A DNA stretch of 64,000 bases from Chiloscyllium plagiosum (GCF_004010195.1 NC_057718.1:77206202-77270201), one strand, 5' to 3'; counted from the first letter of the stretch, positions 37,986 through 51,108 are shown. The notes: generated by a model from the sequence alone, not told the origin. Program-made: numbers and translations.

Positions 37986-39049
37986 TGATCAATAGGAGAA
38001 TCAAAGGTTATGGAGAAAAGGCAAGAAAGTGGACATGAAGTGTATTGGATCAGCAACGATCCTATTGAACAGGGTTCAAGGGACTGAATAGCCTACTCCT
38101 GTTCCTATTCCTTAGGATCTTATAACTAAGTCGTGGGCCCGGGAGAGTGGTGTAAATTAAGGAGTTGAAAACTAAATAAAAATGCTAAGTGGAAACATGT
38201 GTAGGCTTAAACCTGTTGGGGTTTACAGGGAATGCAAAGAAGAAGGGAACAGCAGGTTTGGTAGTCACCTAGATTAACAGGCTGAGTCTATGACTCCCTC
38301 TGTGAAAGCTACCTATGTTGCCTTCCATCATCATCCAAATCCTAAATATGCAGTGGAAATGAAAAGTGGCTGCCATCACATCCAAAGTGGGTGAAGTAAG
38401 TGTTTTTTTTCTCTCTCTGTCTAAAGGAGTCAACTCCACTTGTGAGCAATCTGAGGCCCTTCAAGGCGAAATTGCATTAATCAAGCGCTCACATAGTACA
38501 GGTTAAAGACATCTGTAATCACAGAATTCTGCATGTGAACAGGCATGATCTATTATGTTGAAAACAAGTCCTGGCCACAAGCAGTCTTAACCATATCATT
38601 GCTCATTAAAAAATGATCACCGTCATCTCTGTCATGCAGAAGTAGTCAAAGGCAACTTATAAAGTTTCATCTCGGTGCCACATTTCATGAAGACAGTCCA
38701 GTTTCTCATAGGCTGCACAAGAGCACAGAGGTGCTATCTTCCTATACTGAACTGTATCTACTTTCTTTTTCGCAATACTGTCTTTCTCGAGTGACGGGTG
38801 GGGGAGATAACATAGATAAACCTATCAGACTTACAATATCCTATGTATTTCTGCTGCATAGGATGGAATAAGGTTTATTATGTCAAAAGCCTATGTAGAG
38901 GCATCATACAGTCCTCCAAGTCCCACTATATTGAGAGAATAGTCATTAACATGTATTGCAGCTGCTGGCTGATCACATAAATAAGGAATTTTATAGTTTC
39001 TGATTTCCTTGTCATTACTGATATTAAATGGTGTTATAATTGCTTGTGG

Positions 39050-40130
39050 CTGTTGGATAGCAAAGGTGCAAAGAAATGGAGGAGGATCAAATGCACCAGC
39101 AAGCCCAGGACCAGTAGCAACCACCAATGTTGCCAAATAGCCTGCACAAAAAAAAATCACAGTTGAAGGGTCCCTAAGGAGGCTGAGGCAGTACAGAAGG
39201 CCAAGAGTCTTTTGTCCTCAATGCTATTTCCTCTAGATGAGCGAGGCTTATTGCTGTCAGCAAATTACAATGTCCTGGGGCACCATCACAGAACTATGTC
39301 ATCTGCTGGAGCAGGACTTACAATCTGAAAGGATAGGTGGTCTTACTATCCCAGTGAGTGTCAAGATGACAGCTGTACAACTCATCTGTGATCATGGGTG
39401 GCATGGGCTGTACAACTCATCTGTGATCATGGGTGGCACAGTGGGATAGCACTGCTGCCTCACAGCGCCAGAGACCCGGGTTCAATTCCCGCCTCAGGCA
39501 ACTGTCTCTGTGGAGTTTGCATGTTCTCCCCGTGTTTGCGTGGGTTTCTTCCGGGTGCTCCGATTTCCTCCCACATTCCAAAAATGTGCAGGTTAGGTGA
39601 ATAGGCCATGCTAAATTGCCCGTAGTGTTAGGTGAAGGGGCAAATGTATGGAAGTGAGTCTGGGTTGCTCTTCGGAGGGTCGGTGTGGACTTGTTGGGCT
39701 GAAGGACCTGTTTCCACACTGTAAGTAATCTAATCTAATCAGTATCTCATCTTAGACATCTGCGCCTGGTACCCTGGAGTCTGCCATTATACCTTTATCC
39801 TTGAGAATATCCATGTTCCTGCTTCATTTCAAGGGCCAGGTGTCTTTACAAGGATGTTTACTGGTAGCCAAGGGCCATTGTAGAGCAGCTGTTAGACTTC
39901 TCGACAATGAGATTTCAATGATTGGATTTGTCTGGGGGCCTTGCTGTGTGCTCCAGACAAAATGTGTCGAACAATCCATGCATGCTGTGCTCCACATGTG
40001 ATGGATGCTGTGCTGGGAGAGTGTCAGACGTCTTCCAAGAAGCAAGATGAGGACTGTCAACTGGAGGAACATTCACCATGGTAGAATGGTGCAGCATTGA
40101 ACACAACAAGTAGACAGGACTTAATTGACA
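39050..40130 (+). pseudogene. PIF/Harbinger (HARBI1-like) transposase relic, internally deleted and SINE-interrupted
   Basis: ITELCHLLEQDLQ..GGLTIPVSVKMTA, VQLICDH, then after the SINE AWYPGVCH..FIL, GCLLVAKG (GWLLGDKG-like), MRFQ*LDLSGG, HACCA. Confidence 0.78.
39431..39740 (+). mobile_element. HE1-type SINE, full length
   Basis: GGGTGGCACAGTGG A box, GGTTCAATTCC B box, (TAATC)n tail. Confidence 0.9.
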
Positions 40131-41399
40131 CCCGGTTCTAATAGATCTGAATTGGGTGGAGTCATCTGTCATTGATTGCATATTTGTTGGTGCTCAAAAA
40201 GAAAACAACCTGTTTAGATCCAGAAGTAAATGCAGCATTTTGTTTGGCTTTCTTAACTTTTATTAATCAGCAGGAAAAGTGAATGTTTACAGCTATTTGA
40301 GAGCGTTTTAATATGTAACAGTCCCATATTGGGCAATGATTAATGTCATGCTACACTGGGCATTAGAGAAAGACTAGTGGCACTAAGTAGCCACAGCAGC
40401 TTCATTTTTGCAATTCCAACTACAATGTCAATATGTCATACAAGTGATGATTTAAAGTGTCAATATATTTACAAATGTGAGATTCTATTTACGATGCAGT
40501 GTTACTTGTGCCAATTATTTGCCCTAGAACCTTCCATTTCTTTTATTTCCTTCCCATTTAATGGAGCATATGGTAGTAAGATTAGTATCATAGAGACATG
40601 GTGCGTACTTAATGAGGTGAGCAGCAGAGAGTTAACACTTGAGCTCACAGAGAGAAACCCTCCATGAAATTGATACTGCCGAATTTTGGGAAACTTCAGT
40701 CCCATTTCTCCAGCAATAAAATTTCACGGTTTTTTTGTCAGCTCTAATTTTCATTGTTTGTTGTTGACTCTACAAATTCTTTTTGATGAACATGCATACT
40801 TTGGTTAGTTGTTTTTCTGAAAATCAAAATATAGCTTGGAAACATAGTCTTGTCTTTATCGATTTTTCTTTGATTAATTTAAGGGGTCCACTTATCACAT
40901 GTTCAAAAAGGATTTAATCCTGTACACTTAGTTGGAGCTTCCCTATAACAAACAGTAACAATGGAATTCCTTTATCCCAGTCATTAGGATATACCTAAGA
41001 ATAAGGTCCAAACACTTTCAAGTTTGATGACATTTTTCCAATACTGTTTGAGGTTGTGAGTGATAAGTTGAAGGTATAAATTGTTTTATTATCAAAGTGT
41101 TCATTTCTTTTAATATTTGTGACATAAAATCTGAACTTTGATATGATTGTCTTTCTTTGGTTAATCTACAACTTGGAAACAATGAACTATTTTCTCCATT
41201 ATCATAATTTTCTCCAAAGGCACTGCTTTAGGAATTCCTGTCAACACATTGATAATTGTTAAATGATACTGATTCCCACTCTAGTTTTAGATAGGGTCCT
41301 AAGAAAACCCTACTAAATTATTCTGTGAAAGATGCTATCAGAATTAGAAGTATTAGTTTAATTGATGGTTGGAGTTTTCTCACTGGCTGACAGGTATGA

Positions 41400-43150
41400 T
41401 ATACCTGGCAAACATTGACTACTTCCTTATGCAAACTTGGTCCATCAAAATGTTTTAGTATTTTAGTTTCTATTTTCTTAATTCACAAAATGATTAGCTA
41501 TTGAAATTTTGTAAGCAACTTGTGATATTTCATGAAAGTACTTAAATGGAGCTACCACCTGTTGAACTGCTCCTCATTCCTCGTTGGCTGGTATTTCCTC
41601 ATTCTTTCTCTTTCAAATATAACACTCATTTTTTGATTCTGCTTAAATTTCTGAGTAGGTCATTTGATAAAGTGCTTTCAGTTCAATAGTTATTACATTT
41701 CTATTGAAGAATATGGTGAAACATGTGAGTCTCATTCCCTTTTCGTTCATTCTTTTTATTAAAGTTTCAATAATTATGCCTGATAACTGAATTTCCAAAT
41801 CATCTTTTTCACAGACCTCCTCCTGTTTATGCCCAGGTCTATGGGCCTGAGATCTAGTCACAAAACATATGGGAAACAATACAGGACATTCTCCCTTTTA
41901 CATAAGTTTTTCTTTCATGTCCTATGGTTGTTCTACCACTTTTGAAAAATGGTTTTAAATGAGCATTTCCAAAGATAAAAATCAATTCTTTCAAAAGGGA
42001 TTTGTTTCATTACATGAATTACAACTTCTCCACCTACTAAGACACATTTCAATCCGACTTTATTTGACTGGTTTGTAATGTGTATGTATACTGCAAATAA
42101 ATATTTTCTCCTTCCCGTTAACCATTGTGGAAGACAAAGACATCAGCCAGCATCAGTGACTGACTTGTTCCAGTCTCGAGCTCTACTGATTGAAGATTAA
42201 GGAAAAAATTTCCCTTTGAAATAAAATATACAGAAACTCTTCTGATTCTTTTTACCATTGGTTGAGGAAGAATTTTCTTTCTTGTCCTGAGTCATCTTCC
42301 CTTAGTCGTCCCGAAGGAAACATTTCTTTGCAAACTTCAACTGCAGTTTTAATACCCATTTCCTTTCCCCCAGTGCCACTTTAAGGATTTTTAGGTGTTT
42401 CAACTACTGCTGTTATCTCCCATTTAAATTCCAACAATTAGTTTTGCTATGTCCAATTTTATTGTAGTGGAAGCATGTTATTTCCTTTATTACTTTGGAC
42501 TGTTGTTTGTTCTATAAAGCTATTATCTCTTCCGTCCACAGATTTTTGGTTCTTCTAATTTCCTTGCACATTTCCATATGATCATCTCCTCATATTTTAA
42601 TTGCTAGAAATATGACAGAAATCAGCTGGAACTGCTACTTCTCAGATCTTTGATACTTGATGGACATCTAAATAAGTCTTTTAAAACTTTGAAAAACATT
42701 TAATGGAATACTATATTGAATTCTTCTTCACCATGAATTCCCCCATACTCTCATTTTTTTTCACTAACTTTATTGATTAAAACCATTGGCCACATTTCTT
42801 TTTCTTTTGCAAAATGAGAATGCCTGATTATGTTTCTTTCTTAAAATCGTAAATTTCAGTTGATAAAGCCAAAAGATGGTACAAACATAGAAAATCATAA
42901 TACATCTTACAAAAAGCTATAGTTTACCATATCGTCAATAAATTATTAAAGGATTCTCCAGTTCTCACTTTACCCATGACCACCTTTTGCTTCATATATT
43001 TCAGTTGTCCCAATCCAAATCTTGTATTCTTTTAACTTTAATTTCACATCCATTTCGCCATGAAAATCCAGTTACTGTAAGCCGACCTGGAGTTTCTTTA
43101 GCTACACTTACCATTACTATCTTTTATCTTTATGTGCCCCAACTCTGAAT
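41400..43150 (-). mobile_element. Degenerate Gypsy (Gmr1-like) gag-protease relic
   Basis: - strand FPICFVTRSQ linker motif and gag remnants similar to 55866-56990; boundaries approximate. Confidence 0.55.
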
Positions 43151-43537
43151 CTTTGTTCGCCTTCTTGGGCTTCTGCACCTTTATCTCTGTCAATGAACTA
43201 TACAACAGCATCTATTTCAAGTCAATGGGATCCCATGATTAGTTAGCCTTGTTTTTTCTATCATGCATCCCATTTTTTGTTCAATTTGTCTGTTGTGCTT
43301 TATCTATTTTGAAACAGAACTCTGAAATATTCTTTTTTTTCTTTAGTTTTGTCCTTGTGCTCAACAGACCTTTCATCATATCTAACCTATTCCATGTTGC
43401 ATTAGCTTCACTTTCTTGCTTGTTATTAGGTATATCACAGGCCATCTTGTCTTCATTCAAGATATATTAACCTGTAAGCCATCGCATCTGTTGTATAAGC
43501 ACTAATTTTCACCTTTGTGTGTTGATTTCTATTGCAG

Positions 43538-43574
43538 GATGGATATTCATGTTCCTTAAATAGAACACTCAGCA
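43538..43574 (+). CDS. Probable small exon of the CENPJ-like gene (donor uncertain)
   Basis: Branch-like ACTAAT (43501), long pyrimidine tract and ttgcag acceptor; open DGYSCSLNRTLS; donor A|gtaggt (phase 1) would fit the acceptor at 44919; alternative donors at 43578 and 43592. Confidence 0.45.
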
Positions 43575-43833
43575 GTAGGTATTTGCACAATGGTTAATTA
43601 AATGAGAGTTATTGACAATAATTTAACATATACTTAGCTTATAGAAGAAGAAACCTGCAGCATTTTGCTAAAGAAGCCACATTTTATCAGCATTGTGGCT
43701 GGCTGACATGATATTAGACTTTCCATGACTTATCACGATAATTATCTATCCCATGCCTACTCAGATCTTTTTTATAACTTCATAAACTGGTCAAACAGCT
43801 TCTAAAAGTCTAACAATGGTGCTGTTCTATCAT

Positions 43834-44765
43834 CATAGAGTCATAGAGATGTACAGCACAGAAACAGATCCTTCGGTCCAACAGTCCAGATATCCTAACC
43901 TAATCTAGTCCCATTTACCAGCACTTAGCCCATATCCCACTAAACCCTTCCTATTCATATATCCATCCATCTGCCTTTTAAATGCTGTAATTGTACCAGC
44001 CTCCACCACTTCCTCTGGCAGCTTATTCCATACTTGTACCATCTTCTATGTGAAAAAACTGCTCCTTAAGTCCCTTTTATATCTCTCCCCTCTCACCCTA
44101 AACCAATACCCTCTAGTTCTGGACTCCCCCATCCCAGGGAAAAGAGCCTGTCTATTTATGCTATCCATGCCCCTCATGATTTTATAAACCTCTGTAAGGT
44201 CATCTCTCAGCCTCCAACACTCCAGGGAAAACAACCCCTGTCTATTCAGCTTCTCTCTATAGCTCAAATCCTCCAACCCTGGCTACATCCTTGTAAATCT
44301 TTTCTGACCCCTTTCAAGTTTTTCAACATCCTTCCAATAGTAAGGATATCAGAACTGCACACAATATTCCAAATGTGGCCTAACCAATGTCCTGTACACC
44401 TGCAACATGACCTCCCAACCTCTATACTCAATGCTCTGATCAATAAAGGAAAGCATACCAAACACCTTCTTCACTATTCTATCTACTTGCAAGGAACTAC
44501 GAACCTGCGCTCCAAGATCGCCTTGTTTAGCAACACTCCCCAGGACCTTAGCATTGAGTGTATAAGTACTGCTCTGATATGCTTTTCCAAAATGTAGCAC
44601 CTCACATTTATCTAAATTAAACTCCATCTGTCACTCCTCAGCCCATTTGTCCATCTGATCAAGATCCCATTGTACTCTGATAACCTTCTTTGCTGTCCAC
44701 TACACATCCAATTTTGGTGTCATCTGCAAATTTACTAAGTATACCTCCCATGTTCACATCCAAAT
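43834..44765 (-). mobile_element. 5'-truncated CR1 (HER1-like) LINE
   Basis: Tail TCATAGAGTCATAGAG at ~43833; - strand KFADDTK, FNLDKCEVLHFG, LVRPHLEYCVQF; same family as 1-1224. Confidence 0.9.
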
Positions 44766-44911
44766 ATTTACTTAAATTTCTCTCAGTCATCTGAAAGAGA
44801 CATAAAAAGAAATGTGCTTAAATCAAACTTGTCTTGTTATTTTGTAAAAGACCAATTAAGAGGATTGAACATAGACTACAGTTTTCACAAAGAAATTTGG
44901 ATGTCTTGTAG

Positions 44912-45064
44912 CTTTCAGGAAAATTAACAAAACGACCTGAAAATAGGAAAATAGAAGTACGAGAAATCCATACCAGGTCTCCTGTCCATCAAAGGAGCAG
45001 AAGTGGAACTCCAACTGGATGGAAAACATCTTTTCAAGACAGATCAACGCCTGACCCTGCCTTG
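44912..45064 (+). CDS. CENPJ-like gene, internal exon with second QRSRSxTPTG motif
   Basis: tcttgtag|CTT (or tttcag|GA at 44919)...TTG|gtaagt consensus donor; LSGKLTKRPENRKIEVREIHTRSPVHQRSRSGTPTGWKTSFQDRSTPDPAL. Confidence 0.75.
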
Positions 45065-45998
45065 GTAAGTATGATCAGAAGCAATGAAGAGGTTATCAAT
45101 GGAAATAATATCAGACAGTTTCAATTACATATGGGCAATTACACAGAAAATTTACTGCTTGTTATAGAGTCATACAGCATGGAAACAGACTCTTCGGTCC
45201 AACCATAATTCCAAATTAAAATAGTCCCACCTGCCTGTTCTTGGCCAAAATCTCTCCTTTGTGGAAACACAGAATATAGGTGTAGGAGTAAATTATTTGG
45301 TTCACCAAGCCTGCTTTGCTATTCAATTTGATAATGGATTTATGAAGAAGTGAACCTATTGTTTTCTTGGTGGCTGTAAGTGAGGCCAATGGTGTTTGTT
45401 CGAGGACTGGATGAGAATGAGAAAGTAACATAGGGAGAAAAATATTGGGATTTGGTGGATGAGTTAGGCAAAATATTCAACAGCTAAGACAGGATAAAGA
45501 CAATTATCAATAGTATTTGGAGCAATGAATAATCATGGTGTGGCAAAAATTCAGTTAGGGAAAACTGATTAATGATGAGTAGGTTGTATTTTGTGTAAGA
45601 ATAGTGGGTATTGTCATAATGAATTGTTGAAGGCTGTAATATTGAACAATGAAGGTAATGCCTGTTGAGAGGAGATCTCTGTAGTAGTTAATGCATATAT
45701 TTTGCACATGTCACAGGCTTTGTTGCCATGGGTGTATATTTCAGTGTTAGCAAACATTCAACTACCTACAAATTATTATCCAGCATTAATCACTGGGGTT
45801 GGGAGACATAATAGTTACTCGATACCAGACTGATCTGATGAGTTCTTATTTAATTGCATGAGAGAGTCTTTTAAGAGAATGAAGAAGCTATATCCAGAAG
45901 GAACCAACATCAAGCCAAACTGTTTAGTGACCTGAAGATCAATCCATGTAATTATCATCTACATACTGTCAACTATTTGACTTGAGTCTTTACCAATT

Positions 45999-47356
45999 TT
46001 TTTTATTGGAAAAATATACTTTATTCATAGAAAGAAATCTTTATGTACATGTACAGTTAATGAAGCTGTTCAGATCTATACTGTACTTACATTGAACAAA
46101 TTAAGCTGTGACATTCATCATTCTCTGTATTGACAATCAACCTCTTGACATTTGACATGAGGTGTCGGCAGGGCCCAATTATTGAATAAACCCCGGTTAT
46201 TCTTTGACAGACAGACCTTACACGGTGATCCTTCCCCACTGCGCTTTGGCAGCAGCTGCCCTAAGCTTTAGAGCATCCCCCAGCACGTAGTCCTGGACCT
46301 TGGAATGTACCAGTCTGCAACACTCAGTCAGGGTCAACTCCTTCAACTGGAACACCAGCAAGTTTTGGGCAGACTAAAGAGCACCTTTCACCAAGTTGAT
46401 GGTCTTCCAGGCATGATTGATGTTTGTCTCGGTGTGCGTCCTGGGAAACAGACCATAAAGACAGAGTCCCGGGCCAAGGTGCTGCTCGGGACAAAACTCG
46501 ACAAGCACTACTGCATTCCTCTCCAGACTTCCTTTCCTTAGGCACATTCCAGAAGGAGGTGTGTGACAGTCTCATCTCCTCCGTAGCTGCTTCGAGGGCA
46601 GTGTGCTGTGACACAGAGTCCAGGCATACATAAAGGATCTCACAAGTAGAGCCCTTTTCAATACTAGCCAAGTGGTGTCCTGGTGCTTGTCTGAAACTTC
46701 TAGTGATGAGGCATTCTGCCAAGTGACATTGACATTCTGCCCAGGGAACCACTCGACAGGATCCACCCTCTATTTTTCCTGAAGGGTCTTAAGGACACTA
46801 TGTGCTGACGACTTCCTGATGGACTTGTGGTCAAAGATGTTTTACTTCACAAATTTCTCCACAAAGGACAGGTGATATGGCATAGTCCAACTACTGGGAC
46901 GTTCCGTGGCAGTGAAGCCAGGCCCATCCTTCGCAATACCGGGGACAGGTAGAACCTCAGTACACCATGACACTTGGTGTTTGCATACCAAGGGTCTCAG
47001 CACAGCTTGATGCAGCCACACACAAAGGTGGCAGTCAGGGTGAGGATAGTGCTGGGTGTGTTTTCTCCCCCTTTGTCCAGATCTTTATACATGATGTCCC
47101 TTCAGACACGGTCCATCTTCAAACTCCAAATGAAATGAAAGATGACTTGGCCCCTGAAAGTGCTGGGAATTTGGTTCAGAGGGACTTGATTAAAGTGAGG
47201 CAGAAACTGGGCAGATGGGAGCACTGGTTGCTCTCCATTGCAGGTGAAAACCCGGTCATCAGGTATGTGGTTCTCTCAGTGTTGTTGTACGTGGTGCAGG
47301 TCTGGCCTAATCCCAGAATCTGCACCAATGCAGTCACCCAGGCCATCTTTCACTTC
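45999..47356 (-). mobile_element. Tx1-clade LINE, 5'-truncated with 5' inversion, 24-bp TSD
   Basis: ATTTGACTTGAGTCTTTACCAATT at 45975-45998 and 47357-47380; - strand C-terminal ORF2 at 45999-~47152; + strand inverted piece ~47160-47360 (KLGRWEHWLLSIAG..QAIFHFI). Confidence 0.88.
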
Positions 47357-47557
47357 ATTTGACTTGAGTCTTTACCAATTGGGTAGGTACTATTAATCTT
47401 GATTATGTCCATATTTCATGTTTTGGTGGTTCATTGACACTGGATTCTTTCACAATCTGCTGTTCAGCCATGGTGACTGAGCTGACTTCTTCCAGAATGC
47501 TCTTCAGTGAAGTCTTTATGCTGCCCTCTTTTGGATGCCCTGCCATCCTGTATTGGA

Positions 47558-47741
47558 GGCATCCAAGGAACAGGAGAATCGATGTTTCGGGCATAAGCCC
47601 TTCTTCAGCCCTTCCTGAAAAAGGGCTTATGCCCGAAACGTCGATTCTCCTGTTCCTTGGATGCTGCCTGACCTGCTGCGCTTTTCCAGCAACACATTTT
47701 CAGCTCTTATCTCCAGCATCTGCAGCCCTCACTTTCTCCAC
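47558..47741. mobile_element. Fold-back Penelope-derived mini-element with two opposed hammerhead motifs
   Basis: Arms 47558-47608 and 47615-47664 are inverted; cores CTGAA(G/A)AAGGGCTTATGCCCGAAAC(G/A)TC on both strands; CCTGTATTGGA duplicated at 47547-47557 and 47742-47752. Confidence 0.82.
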
Positions 47742-48377
47742 CCTGTATTGGATGCAACATTTAAGGAATTTCATAAAGGTGTCATACTCATTGTTAAAAT
47801 GATTATTGAATTTGCTAGTTTGAACTTGCTTCAAATTTATCCCTTAATTTTGTCTAAGTATCTGCCTGTCTGTCTGTGCGTGTAAGGAGGTGATTTGATC
47901 AAAGAAGATTTGGTTTAAACCATAAGCATTAATTAGAATACCTTATTGTTTAACTTCGCTCTGCTGAAGTTACAGTATTAATCTAAATTATTCATTTCTG
48001 TTTAAGCTATACATTTGATGTTTGATATCTGTCATTCTTAAAGTCTGATTGGAAATAGTTGGGTAACTTTGAGGGTTATTGAATATTTTAATTTCACTGT
48101 ATCGTGATGCACAGTGTTAGCAAGTCTGATTTGGTCTGGCTTGCCATTCCTTTGTCTAACACTGCACATGCTCAGATTGTGGCCTTCAGATAGAAACTTC
48201 AATAATAGATATTGAAAGACACAAAATACAGTTCACTGGATATACTTCACCATGGTATTAAGCAAGTTATTTTTCTTGCTATTTTGATTAATAGTTTATT
48301 TTGAACAATAGACATTTCAGCCGTTTAAGGTAAAAGTGGCATCCAACCTATTTCCAAAACCCTTGTGCCTGAACAAC

Positions 48378-48706
48378 ATAGAATCCATAGAATCCCTACA
48401 CTGTGGAAGCAGGCCATTTAGCCCATTAAGTCCACACTAACCCTCCAAAGACCATCCCACCCAACCCAACTCTCCCGCCCCTCATCCCCACAATCCTTGT
48501 AACCCTGCATTTCCCATAGCTAATCCACCTAGCCTGCACATCCTTGAACACTATGGATAATTTAACATGGCTAATCCACAAGTCTCTGGACTGTGGGAAG
48601 AAACCAGAACATCTGGAGGAAACCCACGCAGATACGGGAAGAACATGCAAACTCCACAATGAGGCAAGTGCTGTGAGGCAGCAATACTAACCACTGAGCC
48701 ACTGTG
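48378..48706 (-). mobile_element. HE1-type SINE
   Basis: (ATAGAATCC)n tail; shared SINE body; head CACAGTGGCTCAGTGGTTAG on the - strand. Confidence 0.85.
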
Positions 48707-49795
48707 CAAATACTTGATTATTTGCATAATTAGGCACTTTCTTTGCAGGTGTTTTCTAAATAGGGATGTTGGAACTTAAAATGGAAAGGTCATATATGCC
48801 AATATGGAGTCAGTAATGCTATAGTATAGGTCTGGAAAAAAAATAACATAAGAAAATGTATACATTGTAGCTAATTTCCAACACAGATTGAAGATTCAGA
48901 AGAATAGCCTTAAAAAGTGAACTTTCAGCAGCTTGGGAGCACATTCGCCAGCCTGCTTAATTACAGACCTGTCTTTTTCTCCCCTCTTGAAAGCTGTTGA
49001 CCCTAGCTCCCTGACCTAGGGACCATTTTAAAGGATTTTAAAAATCACAGCATGTCCTAATCCTGACCAGGCAAGTTCATTTCCTGCTGGCTTTGACAAG
49101 ATGTAACTGATGTCACTATGGAGTACAGTATTAATACTGCCTTGAGTCCAGACTGAGAATCAGGCATAAGGAAATCCTGCTTTATGGACTTATTATCCTC
49201 CCTAATGTCAGTGGTCTTATAGAGTTAACTAAATCCTCTGTCCCATAAGACCATTTTGGATGCTTACACTCAAGGTTGGAAATTCAGGTATTCAGGTCCT
49301 ATTTGAGATAGCAGCTGCTCCTACAGTATCTGATTGATATTTACAGGAGGAGTCCAACAGAAAAGTAAACTAATTGTGGAGCCATTATATAGATAAGTGA
49401 AAAATGGGCAAGTCGCAGTGATGCTGACATTCAGGTATTTTAATGTGAAGTGATAGGAAACAAGTTAATTCTCACATTTGAGTGCACATTCCAAGTCCTG
49501 ATTTTGATTAAGGAGGAAGTACTAAGTGGCGGTAAGGCACATGCTTATAGAAATGTAAAGAAAATCTGTGAATGAATCTGGCCATTTCGACCTAACAGCA
49601 AGCTTCAGAACAGTCACCATAATTTCCTGAGAAATTTTTAGCTGCGTACAGTTGTGTACTGTGGAGAAAGGATGAAAATATTAATGCAAAAAGTGCAGAG
49701 GGTAGACTGAGAAATTGAAGGTGACTGCAATCTCGGAAGTCTTTACCACATAACAAGACTTTCTCTTTAAATCACATAATGCTGATCTGTTTCAG

Positions 49796-49858
49796 AATAT
49801 TCAGCAATGCACTCCAAATCATCAAAGGGGACGAGAGAGGAAGTCACCTGCACCAAGT
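49796..49858 (+). CDS. Probable short exon of the CENPJ-like gene
   Basis: ctgatctgtttcag|AAT...AGT|gtaaat; NIQQCTPNHQRGRERKSPAPS, open and phase 0 after the 45064 donor. Confidence 0.55.
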
Positions 49859-50177
49859 GTAAATCTAAGTGTGTTTCAAAGAGTAAATTCTACCAGCTGC
49901 ACGAGGGGTAAGATGTTTGCTTTAATTTCAAGCATAATGAGCTTAATTGCAATATAGTTATGTTTTAGAAAAGTTTTGTGTGAATTATTAGATGATTGAG
50001 TTACAGATAAACACAAACATGATTGCAATTGCTTCATAGTCCCTTTGTCATTTTTTTTGTGAAATGTGGTCTGACTTAACATCTCTTACTTTAGTTGCTT
50101 TGTGAACAACTGAATTCTGCAAATCTCTGCATCTCCCAAAATATAAAGTAAATTAAAGATTAGATTCCAACATATTT

Positions 50178-50487
50178 TAGATTAGACTCCCTACAGTGTG
50201 GAAACAGGCCCTTCAGCCCAACAAGTCCACACTGACCCTCCGAAGAGTAACCCTCCGATCCCCCTACATTTACCCCTGACTAATCTACCTAACACTATGG
50301 ACAATTTAGCATGGCCAATACACCTGACCTGCACATCTTTGGACTCTGGGAGGAAACCAGAGGAAACCCACGTAGACACTGGGAGAACGTGCAAACTCCA
50401 CACAGACAGTTGCCCGAGGTGGGAATTGAACCTGGGTCCCTGGCGCTGTGAGGCAGCAGTGCTAACCGCTGAGTCACCATGCCACCT
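50178..50487 (-). mobile_element. HE1-type SINE
   Basis: Head GGTGGCATGGTGACTCAGCGGTTAGCACTGCTGCC and B box on the - strand; tail at ~50178-50190. Confidence 0.88.
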
Positions 50488-50659
50488 TTAATTAAATATT
50501 TGAACACCTAATTAATCTGATACATCTGACCTACTGCTGTCTCGATGTGGCATTTTTTACATGATTAAAATAATGGAAGTTTTGAAAATACTAAATCTCA
50601 CCATAAGCACATCATTTACCATTTTTGCAGGGCTGGAAATAGTAATTTGTGGAAATTTG

Positions 50660-51108
50660 GTTTATGAGGAACAGTTGAGGCCTCTGGGTCCATACTCTAT
50701 GGAGTTTAGAAGGGTGAGGGGGATCTCATGGAAAAATGTGGAATACTGAGAGACCTAGATACAGTGGACGTGGAGAAGATGTTTCCACTAGTAGGGGAGT
50801 CTAAGACCCGAGGCCACAGCCTCAAACTGAAGAGACGACCCTTTAGAACTGATAAGAAGAGGAATTTCTTCAGCCAAAAGATGGTGAAGCTGTGGAACTC
50901 ATTATCACAGAAGGTGATGGAGGCCAAGTCATTGAGTATATTTAAGACAGAGAAAGATAGTTTCTTGATTAGTAAGAGAATCAAGAATTATAGGGAGAGC
51001 ACAGGAGAATGGAGCTGAGAACATATCAGCTGATTGAATGGAGGAGCAGACGTGATGAGTCAAATGGCCTAATTCTGCTCCTGTATCCTATGCTCTTATG
51101 GTCTTATG
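50660..51108 (+). mobile_element. CR1 LINE 3' fragment
   Basis: TRGHSLKL..RNFFSQKMVKLWNSL; tail TCTTATGGTCTTATG. Confidence 0.8.

Noticed and set aside
39431..39500. tRNA gene
   Set aside because: A and B boxes belong to a SINE head; no full cloverleaf.
39050..40130. Domesticated HARBI1 gene
   Set aside because: Stops, frameshifts, loss of the region with the first catalytic Asp, and a SINE insertion mark it as a dead transposon.
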